IMG/VR virus record: IMGVR_UViG_3300034062_002237
Coordinates: 1-28,215 of that record
Origin: a virus
Taxonomy: Duplodnaviria > Caudoviricetes
Strand: one strand, 5' to 3'
Length of the DNA: 28,215 nt
Shown here: piece after piece, positions 1-6,920 of the stretch
Layout of the letters: each line of letters begins with the position of its first letter
How positions within the stretch are numbered: position 1 is the stretch's first letter
Translations under genes and position numbers: made by a program
Notes under the pieces: generated by a model
Database searches by the model: none
What the model was told of the DNA's origin: nothing
Seen by the model: the letters and a program-made list of their open reading frames with translations, nothing else

Positions 1-128
1 TAAGTTGGTTGTGCTTCGGGGTCTTTCTTGGCTTTTCGGCGTTCTAGGCGGTTTTTCAGCTTCTTGAGTAGCTGATGATACCCGCCCTTGCGCTTGCTGC
101 TTCCGTCTGCCTGTTCTCCAAGTCCCAT
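1..128 (-). CDS. small basic hypothetical protein, runs off the window edge
   Basis: ATG at 128; reads MGLGEQADGSSKRKGGYHQLLKKLKNRLERRKAKKDPEAQPT open to position 1; follows 135..338 in the same orientation. Confidence 0.55.
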   Translation of the reverse strand, partial: MGLGEQADGSSKRKGGYHQLLKKLKNRLERRKAKKDPEAQPT

Positions 129-134
129 AGTGTT

Positions 135-338
135 TTAATTTAACCAATTTTCTTCAACATCTTCCCAATAACCAATAGCCCCGTCCTCGTTCCAGTAAAG
201 TGTGTAAACCTGTTTCCAAGTCGCCACTTCCAGCCAACGCCACTCTCCCCCAATAAGCTTGGGGATAAAGAGGAACCCTGTGAGGATTCTCGTGTCCCCA
301 CAACGAGGGTCATCTCCTTTTTGTTGTTTCCATCTCAT
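135..338 (-). CDS. hypothetical protein (Trp-rich)
   Basis: tiles tightly with neighbours in the minus-strand block. Confidence 0.6.
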   Translation of the reverse strand: MRWKQQKGDDPRCGDTRILTGFLFIPKLIGGEWRWLEVATWKQVYTLYWNEDGAIGYWEDVEENWLN

Positions 339-340
339 TG

Positions 341-550
341 TTATTTATCCTTAATGAATTGTTGCGCCTCGTCGCGCTCACGCGCCTTGCTACCTACGGC
401 CTTTTTCAAACGCTTTTTTTTGAAAAGATGCGGGGTGGCTTCTTCGCGCGCCTTTCTTCCGCAGGGGTAGCACCTTGTTTCTCCGTTATATCTTTCCCAG
501 TCGTAAGAAAGAGTGTTGCATCTTTCGCATCGTTTTCGTCTTGTTGTCAT
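341..550 (-). CDS. small Zn-finger protein (CxxC...CxxC)
   Basis: CERC and CYPC pairs; ends with an ARERDEA motif shared with 684..1064. Confidence 0.6.
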   Translation of the reverse strand: MTTRRKRCERCNTLSYDWERYNGETRCYPCGRKAREEATPHLFKKKRLKKAVGSKARERDEAQQFIKDK

Positions 551-555
551 ATTAG

Positions 556-687
556 TTACCGCAGAACATCAGCGACAAAGAAAGCGTCTGGCTGATACCC
601 TCGTCCCAACTTTAAAATAAGAACGTCAGCGATTGCCCGCAGTCCACTAGGTCTTAAAGCTGCATCCGTTTCGGGTGTGTCACTCAT
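556..687 (-). CDS. 43-aa hypothetical protein with TPETD N-terminus (not in ORF track)
   Basis: MSDTPETDAALRPSGLRAIADVLILKLGRGYQPDAFFVADVLR*; ATGA overlap with the stop of 684..1064; N-terminus resembles MNNTPETD. Confidence 0.6.
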   Translation of the reverse strand: MSDTPETDAALRPSGLRAIADVLILKLGRGYQPDAFFVADVLR

Positions 688-1064
688 TTCGCCGCCTCCT
701 TTAGTTTGTGGTAGCTGCTTAAAACAAACTCCGCATAATCAGGAAGGTCGCCGCCGCCCAATTCCTTGAGTGCGACAACTAGCATGTCCGCACACTCGCG
801 CCATTCGTCGCGCTCTTTTTGCATGGTTAGGAAGTTGTCGTAATGAATTTGCTCTTGTTGTCTCGCTTCGTCCCGTTCGCGTTCGGCTTTGTGCACTCGT
901 CCCAAGGTGTCATCGGCTTCCTTTTCTGCCGCCTCGCGTTCTCGCAAAGCGTCCCTGTGCAATCGCAATGCCTCGTCGCGCTCGCGTTCCAAGTCCCGCG
1001 CAAACTCTGTCGGAACCACATGGTTGCCTCGCGCTAGGTTGTCTGTTTCAGGCGTGTTGTTCAT
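684..1064 (-). CDS. coiled-coil protein with TPETD start and ERERDEA repeats
   Basis: LERERDEA, AERERDEA and QKERDEW repeats; ATGA overlaps on both sides. Confidence 0.75.
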   Translation of the reverse strand: MNNTPETDNLARGNHVVPTEFARDLERERDEALRLHRDALREREAAEKEADDTLGRVHKAERERDEARQQEQIHYDNFLTMQKERDEWRECADMLVVALKELGGGDLPDYAEFVLSSYHKLKEAAK

Positions 1065-1333
1065 TTATCCCATCCTTTCTTTAAGTGGCCAAAATCCCGT
1101 GGCTCGGTAACTTCGGTCGTTTTCCCGCATATTCCACACTCATCCATGTGATAAGTTGAGCCATAGGGATTGCCCTCTGGACGATTGCCATAGTTTTTGC
1201 CACAGGTGCTGCATATCCAGTCTGGATATTTCTTCCACTGGATAATGTCGTAATTTTTACGATATTTATGCCCATCAACTTTTCTGGGCCTATCGCCTTT
1301 TCCTGCTGGTGCTGATTTTCCGATTGTTGACAT
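1061..1333 (-). CDS. small protein with AGKGDRPR motif fused to a CxxC-CxxC Zn ribbon
   Basis: probable start MSTIGK at 1333; motifs WICSTCG, ECGICG, VTEPRDFGHL. Confidence 0.7.
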   Translation of the reverse strand: MSTIGKSAPAGKGDRPRKVDGHKYRKNYDIIQWKKYPDWICSTCGKNYGNRPEGNPYGSTYHMDECGICGKTTEVTEPRDFGHLKKGWDK

Positions 1334-1439
1334 AATAAAGTCGCGGCTGGGCAAGAGGTATAAACAAAACAGCGCAAAGGAACCACCCAATTGACCTATT
1401 TTATTTTGCCCTCCTGTTTGTCCCAACCGCTAAAAGTAT

Positions 1440-1724
1440 TCATTGTTTTTTTTGTTCTTCAACTTCTTCTCTGATAAATTTTTCAAGCATGGAAATTAGA
1501 CCAAAACATGCGGAGCGGTAGCTTGGATAGGATTGCTCAATGTGGTCAAGAATGTATCCGTAGTGCTCAATAACAAACGCTGGCTCGTCTCCGTAAGACC
1601 ACCTGACAGAAATGTTCCAGTGGCAATCTCTGTCCTTGTGATGGTCTGTTTTGATAATATCATACCATTCACATGTAAGCTTTGTGATCTGCTCTTGAAG
1701 CTCTTTGGTTGATGGTTCGTTCAT
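1440..1724 (-). CDS. hypothetical protein
   Basis: ATG lies 6 nt after the -10 box of promoter 1731-1759. Confidence 0.75.
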   Translation of the reverse strand: MNEPSTKELQEQITKLTCEWYDIIKTDHHKDRDCHWNISVRWSYGDEPAFVIEHYGYILDHIEQSYPSYRSACFGLISMLEKFIREEVEEQKKQ

Positions 1725-1730
1725 GTATGC

Positions 1731-1759
1731 TTAGACCAAGATGATTGCGCCTCGTTCAA
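1731..1759 (-). promoter_or_regulatory. repeated phage promoter, copy 1 (TTGAAC-N17-GTCTAA)
   Basis: exact 17-nt spacer; one of 8 copies; directly upstream of ATG 1724. Confidence 0.8.
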
Positions 1760-1790
1760 AAAAAGTTTGGCTCGGAGGGATTTCGAGCCA
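1758..1790 (-). terminator. intrinsic terminator
   Basis: 7-bp stem TGGCTCG/CGAGCCA followed on the minus strand by AACTTTTTTT, just after stop 1794. Confidence 0.6.
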
Positions 1791-1793
1791 CAT

Positions 1794-1976
1794 TTACGAA
1801 CCGACAAGATGCTTGTTGCTTTCAAGCCAAGCCACACATTTCTTGCAAGATTCCTCTGAAACATCGCTGGCATTTACGGCGTTGTCAGAAAGGTCATAGC
1901 AGCTTTCCGACAAGGCGTTTAACGCCAAGGTTTCATTAAGACTGTGCCAACGAATCCAATTCTCCAGACTGTTCAT
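1794..1976 (-). CDS. hypothetical protein
   Basis: probable start MNSLENW at 1976 within the 1794..2024 ORF. Confidence 0.6.
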   Translation of the reverse strand: MNSLENWIRWHSLNETLALNALSESCYDLSDNAVNASDVSEESCKKCVAWLESNKHLVGS

Positions 1977-2199
1977 TGTTTTTTGCTTCCAAGATTGCTT
2001 TTGCCATTTCTTCGGCATTATCAATGTCTAAAACTATATCAACCTCTTTTTCTCCGCGCTTTCCGTGGATAAAAATGATTTGTTCTCCATTGTATTCGTT
2101 AATTGAAAAGTCCTTAGCCAAGAAAGACGCCAAAATGCGATTTTCAAATTTTTGGATTTCTTCGGCTACCGTTGTTTCGTTTTTCTCTGATTCACTCAT
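1936..2199 (-). CDS. hypothetical protein
   Basis: acidic 87-aa ORF tiling in the block. Confidence 0.65.
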   Translation of the reverse strand: MSESEKNETTVAEEIQKFENRILASFLAKDFSINEYNGEQIIFIHGKRGEKEVDIVLDIDNAEEMAKAILEAKNNEQSGELDSLAQS

Positions 2200-2350
2200 G
2201 TTCTTTGATTTCTATTTTGGTTGTTGGGTCGAACCGTTCTTTGATTCGATACCACATTTCAGCCTCTTTGTCGGCCTCTTCTTTTGTGTTGTGAATAAGG
2301 TCGGACACAGCGTATCCGTCCCGCCTGACTTGGTATGTTTTATTTTTCAT
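2192..2350 (-). CDS. 52-aa hypothetical protein (not in ORF track)
   Basis: MKNKTYQVRRDGYAVSDLIHNTKEEADKEAEMWYRIKERFDPTTKIEIKEHE*; fills the gap between two genes. Confidence 0.65.
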   Translation of the reverse strand: MKNKTYQVRRDGYAVSDLIHNTKEEADKEAEMWYRIKERFDPTTKIEIKEHE

Positions 2351-2351
2351 A

Positions 2352-2558
2352 TCAATGTGAAATCCTTACATAAACTTCTCCACCCAAGAACATGTGGTCA
2401 AGAAGAATCGGCTCCTCTTCGTGACGCCAAAGAAACATGGCCGTTCTGTCGTTGTTTATTTTTTCTTTTGTTATGTATCCCTCGTGCTTGTCTTGGAAGT
2501 TTTTATACTCCATCCATCCGCTGACACGCTCAAAGAGTCTGCTGAACTCATTGCTCAT
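2352..2558 (-). CDS. hypothetical protein
   Basis: 1-bp spacing to both neighbours. Confidence 0.65.
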   Translation of the reverse strand: MSNEFSRLFERVSGWMEYKNFQDKHEGYITKEKINNDRTAMFLWRHEEEPILLDHMFLGGEVYVRISH

Positions 2559-2559
2559 A

Positions 2560-3036
2560 TTATTTGATGTAGTTTAGTTTTACTTTCGCCTCTCTGAACA
2601 TTATTTCAGCGGCCTTAAATGATTCAATCCATCTTGTAATGGTTTTGGTGCTAATGATGTCCGTGTTAGATGGCAAGTAAATATTTTTTATTCCAGTTTG
2701 AATAATTGATGCCGCACATTGGGCGCAGGGGTGGATGTTCCAAACATACAAAGAGTATCCGTTAAGCGGTTCTTTGGCGGAAAGAATGGCGTTTTGTTCT
2801 GCGTGAACCGTGTAAAGCAGCTTTTGATCTCTGTTGCCCAGTCGGGTTTCCGTGTCTTTTACGCCTCTGGCAATTCCGTTATATCCAACAGATGCTATGG
2901 TTTTGTCTGGTCGCACAATAACCGCCCCAACCTTGGTTGACGGGTCTTTGCTCCACCCCGAAACAAGCCTTGCCATTTCAAGAAATCTTGTTTCCCACTT
3001 ATTGCTCTTCTTCATTTTTGAAAAAATCTTTGGCAT
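2560..3036 (-). CDS. dCMP deaminase (ComEB-like)
   Basis: SKDPSTKVGAVIV, GYNG, HAEQNAI and PCAQC zinc-deaminase motifs; start may be 3015. Confidence 0.93.
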   Translation of the reverse strand: MPKIFSKMKKSNKWETRFLEMARLVSGWSKDPSTKVGAVIVRPDKTIASVGYNGIARGVKDTETRLGNRDQKLLYTVHAEQNAILSAKEPLNGYSLYVWNIHPCAQCAASIIQTGIKNIYLPSNTDIISTKTITRWIESFKAAEIMFREAKVKLNYIK

Positions 3037-3232
3037 AACCTATAATGGATGACTTCAACTTTATCTCGTATATTTCTTTTGCCCTTCTCATCCTAAGCTC
3101 TGATGCAAGTAAATCAACCGAACTCACAATGTCGATGGATTCGTGGATTTTGAAGTCGGATATGATGGCTTCTATTTGTTTTAGCTTTAGGGTTGCCGCG
3201 CAACCATCATGTTTTTCATTAAGGTTCATCAA
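2999..3232 (-). CDS. hypothetical protein
   Basis: tiles between the peptidase and deaminase genes. Confidence 0.55.
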   Translation of the reverse strand: MMNLNEKHDGCAATLKLKQIEAIISDFKIHESIDIVSSVDLLASELRMRRAKEIYEIKLKSSIIGYAKDFFKNEEEQ

Positions 3233-3815
3233 ATGCTCCTATTAGTTCTTTGTCTGGATAAAGGGCCGAAGACAGCGGTATAAGTTTTGTCGGCATTGCT
3301 TTCCAGATTTTTTCGTTGCTGTAGCTTTTCTTGCACCATTTGCGGTTTTTAAGAGTCCAGTGGTATCCCAAGATATATGCGTTAGCCATTTGTGCATATT
3401 CCCTGATATTTATTGGAAGCTTGTTGCTTTTTATCTTAAACAAAGAACGCCATTCACAGTCCCATTCCAACTCAATGACCTCTGTAATAGATTGTTTTAT
3501 TTTTGTTTTGCTGTATTTTTTTCCAGCAAGCCACTCATCTATAGTTCCAACCCCCATTTCGCACTGTTTTGTCCATTCTGGTCTTTCAATACCCTGATCA
3601 ACGTGGCAGGTTTCGTGGACAAAAACTCCAAGCCAAACATTAACGTCTCCCGCCGTAGCTATACGAAGCTCTTTGTTGTCGGCCCATCCCGTGGATTCTA
3701 CCTTTCCCTGAACCAGTTTTTCTGAAGGGTGGAATGAAATTTTAATTTTTTTGTGATACTTTAGTATCGAGCGGCCAAGAAAGCTGGCGAATTTGTTTTT
3801 TTCTTCTTGGTTCAT
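3219..3815 (-). CDS. putative zinc metallopeptidase (HExxH)
   Basis: VFVHETCH plus downstream ELEWDCE as candidate third ligand; promoter copy 2 upstream. Confidence 0.65.
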   Translation of the reverse strand: MNQEEKNKFASFLGRSILKYHKKIKISFHPSEKLVQGKVESTGWADNKELRIATAGDVNVWLGVFVHETCHVDQGIERPEWTKQCEMGVGTIDEWLAGKKYSKTKIKQSITEVIELEWDCEWRSLFKIKSNKLPINIREYAQMANAYILGYHWTLKNRKWCKKSYSNEKIWKAMPTKLIPLSSALYPDKELIGAFDEP

Positions 3816-3827
3816 GATGTTGTTTAG

Positions 3828-3856
3828 TTAGACCAAGACTGGGGCAATTCGTTCAA
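3828..3856 (-). promoter_or_regulatory. repeated phage promoter, copy 2 (TTGAAC-N17-GTCTAA)
   Basis: 17-nt spacer; 12 nt upstream of ATG 3815. Confidence 0.8.
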
Positions 3857-3999
3857 TCTTCTTCGGGAATATCGTCGCCCTCAAAAATTCTACGAATAGG
3901 ATTTTCCCAAAAACCTTCTTCTTGTTCTGGGAATTTCATAAAGTCGCCTGTATCGTCGAACTTAATATTTAGGTCGGCATCAAAATCACGTTGGGTCAT
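3853..3999 (-). CDS. 48-aa acidic protein (not in ORF track)
   Basis: MTQRDFDADLNIKFDDTGDFMKFPEQEEGFWENPIRRIFEGDDIPEED*; stop codon overlaps the promoter -35 box. Confidence 0.6.
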   Translation of the reverse strand: MTQRDFDADLNIKFDDTGDFMKFPEQEEGFWENPIRRIFEGDDIPEED

Positions 4000-4387
4000 A
4001 ATTAAACAATTCTATAATCGTTTCTTCGTTTTCGCCAACTTTTTCTTGTCTTGTTTCAATAGTAACGTTTCTTTCACTATCGTCTGGAATCGCTCCAGCA
4101 TACCGGAGGCAGTCAATGTGGTATTTGAAGATAAGGTTATCTGGGTCGATGAGCCGCTTTCTCCTTGCTGTAAGGCGAATATGAATGCGTCCTGTATTTT
4201 TTTCTTTATTGTCAGTCTTTGCCAGTGCGTCATTCCGAATAGCGCGTTTAGGCTTGGGGTTACTCCCCTTACTGTTATTTTTAGGAACGGCTCTTTTTGT
4301 AGTGAGCCTTCGTTGGTAATCTTGTATTCGTTCATAAACCCCCGGTCTAATCTCTACGAAGCCGCTTGGTATCTTGTCCCATCCCAT
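3986..4387 (-). CDS. rusA: RusA-like Holliday junction resolvase, catalytic part
   Basis: RIHIRLTARRKRLIDPDNL...IDCLRYAGAIPDD resembles the RusA DxDN / D / DD catalytic pattern. Confidence 0.7.
   Translation of the reverse strand: MGWDKIPSGFVEIRPGVYERIQDYQRRLTTKRAVPKNNSKGSNPKPKRAIRNDALAKTDNKEKNTGRIHIRLTARRKRLIDPDNLIFKYHIDCLRYAGAIPDDSERNVTIETRQEKVGENEETIIELFNYDPT
4012..4335 (-). CDS. overlapping-frame ORF carrying a RusA-like N-terminal motif
   Basis: LKITVRGVTPSLNALFGMTHWQRLTIKKKIQDAF resembles the RusA N-terminal PSxN..HW..R..KK segment; own ATG at 4335. Confidence 0.5.
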   Translation of the reverse strand: MNEYKITNEGSLQKEPFLKITVRGVTPSLNALFGMTHWQRLTIKKKIQDAFIFALQQGESGSSTQITLSSNTTLTASGMLERFQTIVKETLLLKQDKKKLAKTKKRL

Positions 4388-4390
4388 ATT

Positions 4391-4651
4391 TCATTCAATG
4401 TTCCAAGTTGTAGTTGATACCGTGTCTCCGCACTGTCCGCACGGTTTGGAATAGCTGTAGTCATCTGCGGGGATTAAGTCAACAATCTGATCTATGTAAA
4501 ATTCTCCGCGCCTTACTCCATCCTTAATCCTGTTCAAGACATGATCCAGAAATTCGTTTCGTGATGATTCGGGCATTTCCCAATATTCCACGCCGTTAAT
4601 AGTGGAACTGTTGAGTGTGCATCCCACGCTTTGAACGACTTTGTATTTCAT
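4391..4651 (-). CDS. hypothetical protein with C-terminal CxxC
   Basis: PCGQCGD; ATGA overlap with the upstream gene. Confidence 0.65.
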   Translation of the reverse strand: MKYKVVQSVGCTLNSSTINGVEYWEMPESSRNEFLDHVLNRIKDGVRRGEFYIDQIVDLIPADDYSYSKPCGQCGDTVSTTTWNIE

Positions 4652-4866
4652 TTTTTTATACCAAAAATTTCTTCAAAAATCGAAGTTGATGAAGACCTGT
4701 ATGTTGGTTTTTGCATTTCTGAAGCCGCCACATACCCGTCATCGTGGCCCTTGCCATAAACGATGTCAAAGAACTTTTTAATGCTGGCTGTAGTGAAGTG
4801 GGGGTCTTCCAACAGCCTTGGATTCTTTTGTAGGAGATAATTCCAGAAGTATTCTTTTTTGCTCAT
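4648..4866 (-). CDS. hypothetical protein
   Basis: ATGA overlaps on both sides. Confidence 0.65.
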   Translation of the reverse strand: MSKKEYFWNYLLQKNPRLLEDPHFTTASIKKFFDIVYGKGHDDGYVAASEMQKPTYRSSSTSIFEEIFGIKK

Positions 4867-5018
4867 GGCTGTCCGTAGATGCAGATGTAAAGAAATCCAA
4901 AATTTGCAAAACTGTATCCAGCAAAGGCGACGGCAAGACCCACATTACCTTGTTGCCAGAAGCCAAAAGCTGTTACCAAGTAACATGCGGTTGTTATTAT
5001 TAGGGGTATCAGCGTCAT
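4863..5018 (-). CDS. 51-aa two-helix membrane protein (not in ORF track)
   Basis: MTLIPLIITTACYLVTAFGFWQQGNVGLAVAFAGYSFANFGFLYICIYGQP*; ATGA overlap at 4863-4866. Confidence 0.7.
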   Translation of the reverse strand: MTLIPLIITTACYLVTAFGFWQQGNVGLAVAFAGYSFANFGFLYICIYGQP

Positions 5019-5023
5019 GTGTT

Positions 5024-5788
5024 TTATTTTTTCAACGAATCAAGCATTACTTCAATGCTTTTTCGAGCTTTTTTGTTTAATCCATAAACATATTTTCTTT
5101 GTTTTAGTCCTCGCAATCTTTCAAGTTTTTCTTTATCGGCATTTCCTTGAACGTTATTTCCTCTAATTCTAATAATTCCGGGATATATTTTTTCTAATAC
5201 GTCAAACCTTCTAGTTCCGTGTCTGTGCCAAGCCGTTACAGGATGCAGACGCTCTCCGTTTGGCAAAATATAAAAATCAACTTCCTTGCCATCAATTTCT
5301 ATGGCGTTGGTTGCTTTGTAAATTGTTCCGCTGTTTCCGGCGGACTCGTCTGCATAAGTGATTACAAATTTTATTTTTGGAAATTTGTGCTTCATATAAA
5401 AAAACAAAAGACCAATAACGCGGCTTTCGCTAAATTTTGGCAAATCGTCATGTAGCCACATTCTATCGAATTCGCACCATTCTCCATCTTTGCAAATATT
5501 AGAAAGATTGCCCTTTAGTTTTGGCCTTATTCCGTATCCTAATTGTATTACTCCCCTTCCGTCACAAATTAAAAGGGAGCAAAATGAGTTGGATGTCGGC
5601 TTATGGCTGTAGTGATGTTGGGAAATTATCGGGTCGGCGACTTTTTTTTCTACCTCAACAAACCAAATGTCGCCATCTGAAGCCCCGATAATTTCTTCCT
5701 CAAACAAGGAACTGCTCCTTATGAGCTTTCTTCCCCTTGGGTAAATTGTCGGCGCGGGTAGATTTGATAATTTGGCCTGAAAACACAT
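5024..5788 (-). CDS. mom: Mom-family (GNAT-fold) adenine modification enzyme
   Basis: IISQHHYSHK, GVIQLGYG, EFDRMWLHD...ESRVI and ITYAD..GNSGTIYKATN motifs. Confidence 0.8.
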   Translation of the reverse strand: MCFQAKLSNLPAPTIYPRGRKLIRSSSLFEEEIIGASDGDIWFVEVEKKVADPIISQHHYSHKPTSNSFCSLLICDGRGVIQLGYGIRPKLKGNLSNICKDGEWCEFDRMWLHDDLPKFSESRVIGLLFFYMKHKFPKIKFVITYADESAGNSGTIYKATNAIEIDGKEVDFYILPNGERLHPVTAWHRHGTRRFDVLEKIYPGIIRIRGNNVQGNADKEKLERLRGLKQRKYVYGLNKKARKSIEVMLDSLKK

Positions 5789-6033
5789 TAGGTATTTACT
5801 CTGTTAATCTGGTATTTTCCGTTTTTCCACTCGTGGATTTCTTGAAGTTCGTGGGGTTTTTCGATTTTATCAAGCTCTTTTTTGGTGTAATCTCTGATTG
5901 CCTTGATAAAGTCAACACTTGGTTCTTGGATTATGCTGTTAAGCCAATCGTCACAAGAAGATATTATCTCTTCAAGACAGTCGATTGCGGCGTTTTTGTC
6001 TTTTGATATTTTTTTAAGAATATCCTCGATCAT
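5788..6033 (-). CDS. hypothetical protein
   Basis: TAATG coupling with the mom-like gene. Confidence 0.65.
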   Translation of the reverse strand: MIEDILKKISKDKNAAIDCLEEIISSCDDWLNSIIQEPSVDFIKAIRDYTKKELDKIEKPHELQEIHEWKNGKYQINRVNT

Positions 6034-6344
6034 TTAAGCAGACCCTCTGTTCGCAGTTGCCCCGCAAGCTGTGATACATATTCTCTGGTGCAGTTGTTGT
6101 TTTTTGCAATATCGGCAATTGACGATGTTGAAAAGTTCTTCAGAATATCGGCAATTAGCTTAACAACTCGCGTTGAGGGATATTGGCGGCTTTTTACAGA
6201 GGGCTTGCGACCCTCGTAAATCTTGCATTTTTTAATGGCATGATAAACGGCTGGCGTGGTGCAGTTAAAGAGTTTGGCAATCTCGGTTGCCGATACGGGG
6301 CCGTGGGACAAGATTTCTTTAAGTTTTTCTTTTTGGATTTTCAT
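6030..6344 (-). CDS. double helix-turn-helix DNA-binding protein
   Basis: SATEIAKLFNCTTPAVYHAI and SIADIAKNNNCTREYVSQL; first gene of the left arm. Confidence 0.75.
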   Translation of the reverse strand: MKIQKEKLKEILSHGPVSATEIAKLFNCTTPAVYHAIKKCKIYEGRKPSVKSRQYPSTRVVKLIADILKNFSTSSIADIAKNNNCTREYVSQLAGQLRTEGLLK

Positions 6345-6352
6345 AAGGTGGA

Positions 6353-6381
6353 TTTGACAACTGACTTGGGTGTTCGTTCAA
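6353..6381 (-). promoter_or_regulatory. repeated phage promoter, copy 3 (TTGAAC-N17-GTCAAA)
   Basis: 17-nt spacer; 8 nt upstream of ATG 6344. Confidence 0.8.
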
Positions 6382-6402
6382 AAAAAATTTGTTTGACTTT
6401 AT

Positions 6403-6431
6403 TTGAACGCCAGATAGGTTCCGCTGTCAAT
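6403..6431 (+). promoter_or_regulatory. repeated phage promoter, copy 4 (TTGAAC-N17-GTCAAT)
   Basis: back-to-back with copy 3; points into non-coding structured DNA. Confidence 0.75.
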
Positions 6432-6436
6432 AGACA

Positions 6437-6770
6437 AAGACGAACGGCACGTCTGACATATTTGCCGAACAACAAGCCGTAGGTATGCAAGGATAAAACC
6501 GCCGAACGCTTGGAAAATCCGCCCCAAGGAGCGATTGAGATAGCCGCCTTGGGAATTCATCAGGTGATGATAAAGTGCCAGACTTGTTCTGGGAGATGCG
6601 TTCACTAGCCATCGGTCATAGATTGGCAACCTCGGAGCCGTAGTGAACAAGGCACAACTAACCATGCGCGAAAACGTCAGGGATAGGTTGTTCAGCCATA
6701 TTTTTAGCCCCTTCGCAGGGGCGAGATGTGGGCAAACTCCCATCGCTCTCCCGTAGGGATAGCGTTGATC
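6437..6770 (+). ncRNA. putative structured non-coding RNA (~330 nt)
   Basis: own promoter; helices CCCAAGG/CCTTGGG, GTGCC/GGCAC, CCAGA/TCTGG, GTTCACTA/TAGTGAAC, GCCCCT/AGGGGC and two more 3' hairpins; no credible ORF. Confidence 0.55.
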
Positions 6771-6856
6771 ATATATCGACTTATAGCCATTTATATCCAT
6801 TTATAAACCAAATTTATTAGAAATAACTATAATCTTCCGAAATAAATAAAAAAAGA

Positions 6857-6885
6857 TTGAACATGTTTAAAAAATGTGAGTCTAT
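6857..6885 (+). promoter_or_regulatory. repeated phage promoter, copy 5 (TTGAAC-N17-GTCTAT)
   Basis: preceded by an A-tract; 35 nt upstream of the tmRNA-like RNA. Confidence 0.8.
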
Positions 6886-6920
6886 ACATACATAGCAGTT
6901 TTGGTTCTTTTAAATTTTAA

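Noticed and set aside
6399-6800. 133-aa minus-strand ORF
   Set aside because: No recognisable motif; runs antisense through promoter copy 4 and a hairpin-dense region better explained as RNA
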